Shown in pieces: positions 40,432 through 48,685 of a stretch of 49,335 bases of DNA. The position numbers and the translations under genes are program-made. Below the pieces are notes generated by a model, which saw nothing but the letters and a program-made list of their open reading frames with translations, was not told the origin of the DNA and searched no databases. The stretch comes from a virus, in IMG/VR virus record IMGVR_UViG_3300026116_000052, positions 1 to 49,335 of that record. One strand, given 5' to 3'. The first letter of the stretch is position 1. Each line of letters starts with the position of its first letter.

Positions 40432-40561
40432 TCGGGCGTGTGGAGTTGTAGGTTGCACCACCCCGAGTCTATAGATCGAAAGGTCTCTCTTCGGGTCTAA
40501 CTAAAAAGGATCAAGCCCCGCGTAATGATATTAGGGGTAGGGCTAAAAGGAGTCTAACTAA

Positions 40562-40593
40562 GGTCTAGATGGGTTAGACTCCTTATAGACTAC
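40562..40593. repeat. Copy B of the conserved about 29-bp intergenic repeat
   Basis: See 1781-1812. It sits in a 191-nt low-GC gap inside the tail operon that also holds GTCTAAC at 40495 and 40552 and GTTAGAC at 40573. Confidence 0.8.
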
Positions 40594-40622
40594 CCGAGGC
40601 TTCTAAGAGTTGAGGAGCTCAA

Positions 40623-41039
40623 ATGCCTCGTGCAACAGTCGATACCACCGCCACAGTGCGGAAGGAGCTGACGACCCTTCCCGATGGGTACGTCGTGCTT
40701 CGCAAGCTTCCGTACGGAGCGAAGCTCCAGCGCTCCAGCGAAGCGATGAAGATGACGATGGAGATGGGACGCGGCCGCGGGAAGAAGAACGCGAAGGCCG
40801 ACGTCGAGATGCTCCAGCACGCATCGACGCTGTTCGACTTCAGGCACTGCATCGTCGAACACAACCTCGAAGACGAGACTGGGCGTACGCTCAACCTCCA
40901 CGACCCGAACGACATCAACAACCTGGACCCGCAGATCGGCGAAGAGGTATCGAACCTCATCGACGAGCTCAACAACTTCGAAGCGGACGAAGAGGCCAAG
41001 GAGGATTTCGGAACAGGGTTCGGTCCTCAGTCGTCCTGA
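40623..41039 (+). CDS. Tail assembly chaperone (G-like)
   Basis: 138 aa with an acidic C-terminus, immediately upstream of the tape measure. An overlapping -1 ORF extends to 41224. Confidence 0.65.
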   Translation: MPRATVDTTATVRKELTTLPDGYVVLRKLPYGAKLQRSSEAMKMTMEMGRGRGKKNAKADVEMLQHASTLFDFRHCIVEHNLEDETGRTLNLHDPNDINNLDPQIGEEVSNLIDELNNFEADEEAKEDFGTGFGPQSS

Positions 41040-41224
41040 ATCGAGACCCGGACCCAGACATCTCGTTCTGGATTGAAGCAGCGCACACCTGTAAGGCGCT
41101 AGGCGTCCTCCCCCGACAAGGTGGACTGTTCGACCAGGACGCAGAGGATGTGTTCAAGATCCAATGCGTCCTCGCGGCAGATGCCGAGTGGGAGAGGAAC
41201 GAGCGAGAGAGGCAGAGACACTAA
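40623..41224 (+). CDS. Tail assembly chaperone -1 frameshift product (GT-like); slip site not identified
   Basis: The -1 frame is open across the 3' end of G and continues 61 codons to a TAA that overlaps the tape-measure ATG (TAATG). The extension has no start codon of its own. Confidence 0.45.
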
Positions 41225-43977
41225 TGGCCCTCAGCACACGAGAGCTACTCCTCATCCTCCGTGCGCGGGATGAAGCTTCTCGTATGCTGAACGGCATTAG
41301 TCGTGGCTTTGGCAACGTCGACGATGCTGCCATGAAGGCTGCCAGGAACCAGACAGCTGCAGGGTCGGCACTAGTTGGTTTAGGTGTTGGCATTGCAGGT
41401 GCCGGTGCAGCAGCACTTGCCTGGATGGCTGGTACCGTTAAGGATGCTGCTGACTTCGAACAGCAAGTAGCACGAGTGGCTACTCAGACTGACAAGGTGA
41501 AGGTCAGTCAACAAGAGCTCGGCAAGGTCGTTAAGACTGTCGCTAAGGACGTTGCAGTTCCGATCGAAGAGCTCAGCTCTGGTCTGTACGACATCTTCTC
41601 CTCGATGGATGTTTCGGTACCACAGGCGCAACAGCTCTTGGAAGCCTTCGCTAAGGAGGCTGTTGCTGGTCAGGTGAGCATCCAGGACGCTTCGCGCGCC
41701 ACGATCGGTATTATGAACTCCTTCCACATCCCGGTATCGAAGGTTAATGACGTCCTCGACGTGCAGTTCCAGCTGGTTCGGAAGGGTGTCGGTACCTTCC
41801 AGGAGTTCTCCACGGCGATTGGTAAGGCAACCCCGTCGGCTACACGCGCAGGACAGAGCGTCCAGCAGCTTGCCGGCATGATGGCCTTCATGACCCGAAA
41901 CGGTATGACCGCCGCCCAGGCAGGAACTTCGGCCGCTCGCGCCTTCGATGCGCTCGCGAACCCGAAGGTTGTCCAGCGTCTGGAGAAGATGGGCGTCACC
42001 GTTCGCGACAACAAGGGCGAATTCCGTGGCATGTCGGAGATTATGGCCGACCTTCAGAAGAAGATGTCTGGTCTAACTGACCCTCAGCGCGCGGCTGCCC
42101 TCCAGCAACTCTTCCTGGGTGCGGGTGGAACTATTCAGGCACGGCGATTCTACGACATGGTGCTCAAGGATAAGGGCGCTGCCGAGCAGTTTGTTGGTCT
42201 TGTTGGCGACATGCAGAACGCCTCTGGTGCGTTTACTGGCGCGTATGACCAGATGGCAGGCACTGCTACGAGCAAGACTCAGGTCCTGAAGAACCAGTGG
42301 GAGCTAGTTCGTATTGAGGTCGGCGAGGCTTTGATGCCTGTCTTGACCGAACTGCTTAAGATCTTGTCTGCTGTACTCGGTTGGTGGAACAACCTCAGCG
42401 AGGGAACGAAGAAGACCATCATCTGGATCGCTGCAGGAGCGGCAGCGTTTGCTATTGTGCTAGGCGTACTCATTGCTGTCGCCGGCGCGATCATGATGGT
42501 TTCCGGTGCTGCAGCAGCCCTAGGTATCAGTGTTGGTGCCCTCATCGGCATCGGTGCTGCCGTGGTGGCTGCGATTGCGGCCATCATTGCCATCGGATAC
42601 CTGGTTGTTAAGAACTGGGACTGGATCAAGGCTACTGCTGAGAAGGTCTGGAACGGTATCGTCGGTGTCTTCCAGAGTGTGTACAACTGGATCAAGACCA
42701 ACTTCGGCGACAAGCTCAATGCCATCTGGCAGGACATCAGCTCTAAGGTTGTCGAAGCTTGGACTACGGTCCGTGACTGGACAGTCAACCTCTGGAACGA
42801 CATTGTCAACTGGACGTCGAAGCTCTGGGGTAAGATCCAACCCCTCATCCAGCCCATCATCGACTGGTTCGTTGGCATCTGGGACAACGTCAAGAACATT
42901 GTCAAGGACGCTCTTGACATCCTGATCTCGACGTTCAAGTTCGCCTGGGATACAATCGTTGCAGTCCTGAAGGGTGCCTGGCAGATCGTCTCCGGTGTCA
43001 TCATGGGCATCTGGAACGTGATCAAGGGCCTGATCGACTTCATCGTTGGCATCTTCACCGGTGACTGGCAGCTCGCATGGGAAGGTATCAAGGAGATCTT
43101 CACTGGCATCTGGGATGCCATCAAGGGGATCTTCGAAGGTGTCTGGACTGCGATTAGTGGTATCGTTGAAGCAGGCATTACGTTCATCAAGGACACGCTC
43201 AAGCCTGCAATGGACTTCATCAAGAACATCGTACAGGTCGCCCTCGAGGCTCTCTACCAGACGTGGATGTTCACTTGGAACGCCATCAAGGGTCTCTTCA
43301 AGCCGATCATCGATGGCATCATCAGTGGCATCCAGGGACTGGTCAACGGCATCAAGAAGGGCTGGGACTTCCTAGTCAGTACGACTGACAACATGCGGAG
43401 GGTCATTGGGGAGAAGATCAACAACGTCATCCAGTTCTTTAGGGATCTGCCTGGTAAGATCTGGGGCATGATCTCAGGCATCGGCAACTGGCTCTACAAT
43501 GCCGGTCGCGATCTGATCCAGGGCTTGCTCAACGGCATTGCTAACTTCGCAGGTAGGATCAAGGACAAGCTGCTCGACATCGTTCGAGGTGCCTGGAATG
43601 CTGCTAAGAACTTCCTAGGCATCAGCTCACCTTCGAAGCTCTTCCGGGAGATGGGTCGTTGGACAGGCAAGGGTTTGGTCTTGGGCTTGGGTGACATGAT
43701 GGATGACGTTGAAGATGCTGGCGATGCACTTGCTGCGGCAGCAGTGCCAAGCTGGGGCTTTGGTGCTCCTCCCGGTAGCTATGGCGACGACCCGTGGGCA
43801 GGGCCTTATGGCGGCGGTGGCTACAACCCGTCGAACGGCTTCGGTCCTGGTCCGTTTGGTTCTGCAGGTACAGGTACGGTCGTTTACCAATCGGTCGGTG
43901 TCTACACGGCACAGCTCGACCCGCAGCGTAACGCCTCTGACCTGGGCTATGCACTGGCGAATGGGGTGGCTGGCTGA
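41224..43977 (+). CDS. Tape measure protein
   Basis: 917 aa. Central TM-like Ala/Gly/Ile segment. Long periodic Trp/Phe repeat region (WNxIKxxF-type). Canonical position. Confidence 0.85.
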   Translation: MALSTRELLLILRARDEASRMLNGISRGFGNVDDAAMKAARNQTAAGSALVGLGVGIAGAGAAALAWMAGTVKDAADFEQQVARVATQTDKVKVSQQELGKVVKTVAKDVAVPIEELSSGLYDIFSSMDVSVPQAQQLLEAFAKEAVAGQVSIQDASRATIGIMNSFHIPVSKVNDVLDVQFQLVRKGVGTFQEFSTAIGKATPSATRAGQSVQQLAGMMAFMTRNGMTAAQAGTSAARAFDALANPKVVQRLEKMGVTVRDNKGEFRGMSEIMADLQKKMSGLTDPQRAAALQQLFLGAGGTIQARRFYDMVLKDKGAAEQFVGLVGDMQNASGAFTGAYDQMAGTATSKTQVLKNQWELVRIEVGEALMPVLTELLKILSAVLGWWNNLSEGTKKTIIWIAAGAAAFAIVLGVLIAVAGAIMMVSGAAAALGISVGALIGIGAAVVAAIAAIIAIGYLVVKNWDWIKATAEKVWNGIVGVFQSVYNWIKTNFGDKLNAIWQDISSKVVEAWTTVRDWTVNLWNDIVNWTSKLWGKIQPLIQPIIDWFVGIWDNVKNIVKDALDILISTFKFAWDTIVAVLKGAWQIVSGVIMGIWNVIKGLIDFIVGIFTGDWQLAWEGIKEIFTGIWDAIKGIFEGVWTAISGIVEAGITFIKDTLKPAMDFIKNIVQVALEALYQTWMFTWNAIKGLFKPIIDGIISGIQGLVNGIKKGWDFLVSTTDNMRRVIGEKINNVIQFFRDLPGKIWGMISGIGNWLYNAGRDLIQGLLNGIANFAGRIKDKLLDIVRGAWNAAKNFLGISSPSKLFREMGRWTGKGLVLGLGDMMDDVEDAGDALAAAAVPSWGFGAPPGSYGDDPWAGPYGGGGYNPSNGFGPGPFGSAGTGTVVYQSVGVYTAQLDPQRNASDLGYALANGVAG

Positions 43978-44831
43978 TGTATGTGGGTGACTACGAATTC
44001 CGATACAAGCCCGATGGCATCATTCTCAACAACAGTGCCAGCGTACCTTCAGTAGGCAACCCCATCTGGGACATCACGAAGGTCGACGGTATGGACTTGC
44101 CTGACGTGAAGGTGAGTTCGAAAGACCATGACGGCTATGACGGTGGTGCCGTCGAGGCTCAGTTCTACTCGCAGCGGACGATCGTCTTGGAGGGAACGCT
44201 CTTCTGCCACCCTAGCGACTCCCTCGAGCTCTGGCTTGACAAGCTCAAGAAGAACTTTGCCCCGACAGACTGGTCGCAAGGCTTTCCCCAGTCCGGTGGG
44301 TTCTTCTATGCTAAGGCGCCGGGCTCTCCAGAGAAGTTCATTCAGGCCTACAGTCTGGGTGTGAAGTATGTCTGGGATAACACGCGTCGCTTCAACTCGC
44401 AGACCTTCAAGATCATGCTCCAGTGTGCGCAGCCACAGTGGTATGCACTGACGGGCAAGACTCTTGGACCTGTAGCGGTTGGTGCAGGCCTGACGTACTA
44501 CAACGAAGGCAACTACCCCAACACAGGCATCATCAAGATCAAGAACGCTGACAGTGTTGTGAATCCTGTCGTGACGTTGACAGCACCAGGCTTTGGTAGT
44601 GCTATCCCTATCACTGCCACCGTACCCGTTGGCGGCTATGAAATCTGGATCGACCTCGGCCAGCGTGTCGTTCTCTTGATGCAGGGCTTCAGCTCGACCA
44701 ACTGGAGGAACCGAGTCACGAATGAGTCGGGATGGTTCAGGTTTGCTCCTGGTGCGAACGTCATCAAGCTGACGAAGACTAGCGGTGGCGCACCCACCAT
44801 GACCCTAGACATTCAGGACCAGTGGATCTAA
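43977..44831 (+). CDS. Distal tail protein (Dit-like)
   Basis: 284 aa directly after the tape measure (TGATG coupling). Confidence 0.5.
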   Translation: MYVGDYEFRYKPDGIILNNSASVPSVGNPIWDITKVDGMDLPDVKVSSKDHDGYDGGAVEAQFYSQRTIVLEGTLFCHPSDSLELWLDKLKKNFAPTDWSQGFPQSGGFFYAKAPGSPEKFIQAYSLGVKYVWDNTRRFNSQTFKIMLQCAQPQWYALTGKTLGPVAVGAGLTYYNEGNYPNTGIIKIKNADSVVNPVVTLTAPGFGSAIPITATVPVGGYEIWIDLGQRVVLLMQGFSSTNWRNRVTNESGWFRFAPGANVIKLTKTSGGAPTMTLDIQDQWI

Positions 44832-44832
44832 C

Positions 44833-46050
44833 ATGGCGAATCCTAACCCGGTATACAGGTACCTGATCACAGACACGTCAAATCCTGGCGTGTCTAATCA
44901 GGCGAACTTCATGGGTGAGTTGATTGGCCTGTATGGTCTCTACATGGACAAGAACCTCAGCAAGCCCGGCAACATGACGTTCTCGTTCCGCATCGACAAC
45001 CCTTTGATGTCACAGTCCAACATGGAGTTCTGGACGCGTCCTGGACAGAGGACCATCTGGGTTTACCGAGACAACAACCTCGCTTGGAGTGGCATCATCT
45101 GGTCGAGGACGTATCAGAGCAACGGGCGAGTGGTCAACTGTACAGCACAGACTGCTGATGCGTATCTCGATCGTGTCATCTTCCCGTTCAACTACACCGA
45201 CTTCCAGTTCCCACACAACCTGATCATCAACCTGTGGGCACAGATTCCTACGATCGTTGGGCTCTACTTCGTTGGTCGCTACCCTGGAGACTTTGCTATC
45301 CCTGCACTGCAGGCTGGCTTCGGCTCCGGCTTCACGATCAACGTCGACGGCTACCAGGCCCCGACACTAGCGAGTCTCGTCGACACCTGTGTCAAGTGGG
45401 GTGGCGAGTACCGCATGCAGTCGTCGGAATTCAGTGCACTGATTGGGCGCTGGAACGTTCTTGAGGTCGGCATGTGGCCGCCACCTCCAGGGGGTACGGA
45501 GTTTACCGTTGGCCTCAAGAAAGCGCAGAAGTCAATCACCATCCAGTACCCAGGTTCCATCGCCAACTACTGGTGGCCGGAAAGCCTTGGTGTTAGTGCA
45601 GGTGGTGCATCCTCCGTTTACATGGTTGGTAAAGGTGCCACCAAAGCCGCAACGCCCTTCGGTCTAGTCAACAACAACTCCCTGATCGGCAACACCATGG
45701 TCAGCACGTCGAAGAGGGTGTACGACGAAACCATCTCCGTGCAGGCCGACCTGAACGCTGCACTGGCCAACATCGCACCACTGTTCCAGCAGCCGATCAC
45801 GAACCCGACCTTCGAACTGGATGTCTCGCACAGCGATATCTCACTTCCGTACAACGGTCCGTTCTCCGGATTGGATGTCGGTGACTACTTCGACTACATT
45901 GTTACCGACAAGTGGAGGTTTCCGAGCGGGCGTAAGGGCGAGGCACGTGTCGCTGGGTGGGTACTCAAGCCGCCGTCTGATGACGGTCCCGAACAGTTTG
46001 GCATTTCCATCGTCGACAGGCTGTCGACCATCACAGCGGACGGTAGCTAA
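44833..46050 (+). CDS. Tail-associated / baseplate hub-like protein
   Basis: 405 aa. Position after Dit. Confidence 0.45.
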   Translation: MANPNPVYRYLITDTSNPGVSNQANFMGELIGLYGLYMDKNLSKPGNMTFSFRIDNPLMSQSNMEFWTRPGQRTIWVYRDNNLAWSGIIWSRTYQSNGRVVNCTAQTADAYLDRVIFPFNYTDFQFPHNLIINLWAQIPTIVGLYFVGRYPGDFAIPALQAGFGSGFTINVDGYQAPTLASLVDTCVKWGGEYRMQSSEFSALIGRWNVLEVGMWPPPPGGTEFTVGLKKAQKSITIQYPGSIANYWWPESLGVSAGGASSVYMVGKGATKAATPFGLVNNNSLIGNTMVSTSKRVYDETISVQADLNAALANIAPLFQQPITNPTFELDVSHSDISLPYNGPFSGLDVGDYFDYIVTDKWRFPSGRKGEARVAGWVLKPPSDDGPEQFGISIVDRLSTITADGS

Positions 46051-46241
46051 TGACTAGTCCATACCACAGCACCAACCCAGCACCGATGCCCGGCCCGCCT
46101 CCGAACGCACAGTACGGTCCTGCAGGCCGTGACATCATGGGTCAGTTCGCTGGTACTCGAATGGCCGGTCTGCTCGACAAGATCCGGGAGCTGGAAGCAC
46201 GTATTACCGTTCTCGAAGTACAGATGTCGCAGAAGGTGTAG
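46050..46241 (+). CDS. Hypothetical 63-aa protein (Pro-rich N-terminus, short coiled coil)
   Basis: TAATG coupling upstream. Confidence 0.45.
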   Translation: MTSPYHSTNPAPMPGPPPNAQYGPAGRDIMGQFAGTRMAGLLDKIRELEARITVLEVQMSQKV

Positions 46242-46251
46242 GAGGTGAAGT

Positions 46252-47277
46252 ATGGCGTGGCCAGTTAACATCTCGACGAAGACGGTCGTCGGCACCTTCT
46301 ACGACATGCAGACGGAGCTGCCCGCCTCCGGTAGTGTGACCTTCACCCCGTCACCACCCAATGGCGTGTGGTTTTTGGACCCTGCCGCCACCACGGTAGT
46401 GGTGCCTACCCCAACCGTTGCGCAGATGGATGCCAATGGTGCGATCTCCGTTGTGCTACCTTGTACGGATGATCCTGACCTCTCGCCGATCAACTGGACT
46501 TGGCACGCCAAGATGGTGTCAGGTACTGGACAGGTTGCTGAGTTCGACTTCAGCCTACCGTCGGCTTCACCTGCAACGGTTGATCTGTCAGCGATCATCA
46601 ACGTGCCTGCCATCCCTGCACCCCCGGGACTGTATGTCAAGTCGGTAAACGGCATCACTCCGAACGTCAACGGCGACGTTACCGTCTTCACGATCGCGCC
46701 TACCATCTTGGACAACCTGTCGGACGTGAACGCACCGACGCCCGCGAACCTGAACATCTTGTCCTTCGACTTGGCTTCAGGTACCTGGATCAAGTCTGGA
46801 CGCCTGACGACGGTCGAAGCCAACATGGGTGCCTGGTCGGGCGGTACTGCGATCTCCAGGATTCAGGGTCTGGAGAACGCTCGAGCAGTTCGTTACGAGA
46901 CGAACACGGGCACAAGCTGTGCGAATGCTACGGATACCGACATTCCGTTCGGTACTGTCGTACGTGCTGACACGTCACTGTTCACTGTCTCAGGTGCGAA
47001 CTACACGTGCGTCAAGACGGGCTTTGTGGATGCAGGAACGTGCATCCGTATGGCAGCAGGCACTACTGGCTTCGAACTCAAGATCAAGTTGAACGGCACG
47101 CTTGTCGTTGGTACAAACGGCCTTACTGGACTACAGGCGAACATCTGGACTGGCTTCCCTGTGACAGCAGGTGATGTCATCAAGACGTCCGTCTTCCACA
47201 ACTCTGGCTCGGCGAAGCCATTGGAGACAGGTGCTGGGCGACAGAACCACATCGTGCTCGAATATCGTGGTACGTAG
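46252..47277 (+). CDS. Tail fibre / receptor-binding-like protein
   Basis: 341 aa, beta-rich, last tail gene. Its N-terminal about 120 aa are paralogous to 48088-48468. Confidence 0.4.
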   Translation: MAWPVNISTKTVVGTFYDMQTELPASGSVTFTPSPPNGVWFLDPAATTVVVPTPTVAQMDANGAISVVLPCTDDPDLSPINWTWHAKMVSGTGQVAEFDFSLPSASPATVDLSAIINVPAIPAPPGLYVKSVNGITPNVNGDVTVFTIAPTILDNLSDVNAPTPANLNILSFDLASGTWIKSGRLTTVEANMGAWSGGTAISRIQGLENARAVRYETNTGTSCANATDTDIPFGTVVRADTSLFTVSGANYTCVKTGFVDAGTCIRMAAGTTGFELKIKLNGTLVVGTNGLTGLQANIWTGFPVTAGDVIKTSVFHNSGSAKPLETGAGRQNHIVLEYRGT

Positions 47278-47286
47278 GAGGTAGAC

Positions 47287-47724
47287 GTGTCGCCCTATAA
47301 GGATCTGTATCACGCGAAGCAGCCCCACGAGATCTGGTGGCTGTCCGTGTTACTGCTCTGGGGCACCTTTGGCGTCTTCGCCTTCGGTCAAGTTGCCTCG
47401 GCTTCAGTACGTTCGCTTCCCATACCCTGGGGACACGTGCTGTATGCCGGGCTCGCCATCTGGTCGCTTATCGCTTTGGTTGGAATCTACTGGAGGAAGA
47501 ACAACCCGCTTGGAGCCATCATCGAACAAGTTGGCCTGGGCGGTCAGTCGTTATACGGTGTCACCTACGCGATCATCATCCTCGGCGTCGCAGGAAAGCC
47601 TGGTGCAGGCTTTGGTATCCTGATGGCGGGTCTGTCGGTCGCGAACCTAGTACGTATCTGGCAAATTCAGAGGTATCTGAAGGTTGCTGCTGCGGCTAGA
47701 ACGATGCTGAGAGAGGATGCATAA
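47287..47724 (+). CDS. Holin-like membrane protein (4 TM)
   Basis: GTG 47287 after GGAGG. Four hydrophobic helices. Confidence 0.45.
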   Translation: MSPYKDLYHAKQPHEIWWLSVLLLWGTFGVFAFGQVASASVRSLPIPWGHVLYAGLAIWSLIALVGIYWRKNNPLGAIIEQVGLGGQSLYGVTYAIIILGVAGKPGAGFGILMAGLSVANLVRIWQIQRYLKVAAAARTMLREDA

Positions 47725-48116
47725 TGCCACCGTGGGTGCAGATCGTCGTAGCCTTGGGCGGGATAACTGGCCTGGGGGCAGGCGTAGGCTCGCCGTTCTT
47801 CATTCGCGCCCAGCTGAAGAAGTTCAAGGCGGACAGCAATGTCTCAGAAGCTACCGCAGCAGAGACTATTCAACGTTCCGCTCAAGCATTACTGGCGCCA
47901 GCAGTTGAACGTGCTGTACAGCTCGAGCAGCAGCTGAAGGCAGCGAACACACAGGTCTTCGATCTGACTATAAAGCTTGGCACTGCCAACGCCGAGCTAG
48001 CAGATCTTCGCAACAAGATGGACTCCATGTCGAAGGAACTGGTGGCTAAGGAAGCAGAGCTCGAACGCATCAGGAGGGAGTACGGTAATGGCCTACCCGG
48101 CGAACATCACACTTAA
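47724..48116 (+). CDS. N-terminal TM plus coiled-coil protein (possible lysis accessory)
   Basis: WVQIVVALGGITGLGAGVG followed by a long heptad region. Confidence 0.4.
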   Translation: MPPWVQIVVALGGITGLGAGVGSPFFIRAQLKKFKADSNVSEATAAETIQRSAQALLAPAVERAVQLEQQLKAANTQVFDLTIKLGTANAELADLRNKMDSMSKELVAKEAELERIRREYGNGLPGEHHT

Positions 48117-48468
48117 GACTGTCACCGGCACCTTCCTGAAGGGTGACGGTACTCCCTTCACAGGGCCTACGGCTTCCACCTTCGTCACGTTCACCCCGAA
48201 GTATGAGAAGTCGAACTTGATGTGGTTGAAGGATCCTACAGCAGCCACGCCTACGATCTTGGTGCCTGCACCGATCAAGTGCTTCCTCAACGGCTCCGGC
48301 CAATTTGCTTGGTCGATGCCTGCTACAGATGAGCCCGACCTCATTCCACGAGGTTGGCAATACGAGGTCTGCATCTTCATGGGTGAGTGGAGTAAGAAGC
48401 TTTTCTTGCTGTCACTACCTGTTGCAGGTCCCGGAGTGGTCGATATCTCGACCGTAATCCCGCTATAG
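48088..48468 (+). CDS. Stand-alone paralogue of the tail-fibre N-terminal domain
   Basis: MAYPANITLKTVTGTF...TFTP...DP.A.T...VP.P...P.TD.PDL.P aligns along its whole length with residues 1-about 120 of 46252-47277. Confidence 0.5.
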   Translation: MAYPANITLKTVTGTFLKGDGTPFTGPTASTFVTFTPKYEKSNLMWLKDPTAATPTILVPAPIKCFLNGSGQFAWSMPATDEPDLIPRGWQYEVCIFMGEWSKKLFLLSLPVAGPGVVDISTVIPL

Positions 48469-48481
48469 AACAGGAGGTCAA

Positions 48482-48685
48482 ATGAGTAATCCCGAAGAGG
48501 AACTGGACATCGGCGACTTGGAGAACGAGACCGTCTTCGTTCCCACGCCCGACGATGTCGTTTCGCACGAGCACGACCAGATGCACATGGGCAAGGGACA
48601 CGAGAACGACTTGCGTGATCCCTGGTTCCACACGCCCGAAGGCCAGGCATGGCTCGAGCAACAGGAAGGGTGGAGTGGGAGCTGA
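48482..48685 (+). CDS. Hypothetical acidic 67-aa protein
   Basis: ATG after AGGAGG. TGATG coupling to the endolysin. Confidence 0.45.
   Translation: MSNPEEELDIGDLENETVFVPTPDDVVSHEHDQMHMGKGHENDLRDPWFHTPEGQAWLEQQEGWSGS

Noticed and set aside
41900-43700. Periodic Trp/Phe-containing repeats in the tape measure protein as an unusual repeat element
   Set aside because: Degenerate periodic repeats (about 11-aa spacing of aromatic residues) are a standard feature of siphovirus tape measure proteins. They are protein-level repeats and not exact DNA repeats.
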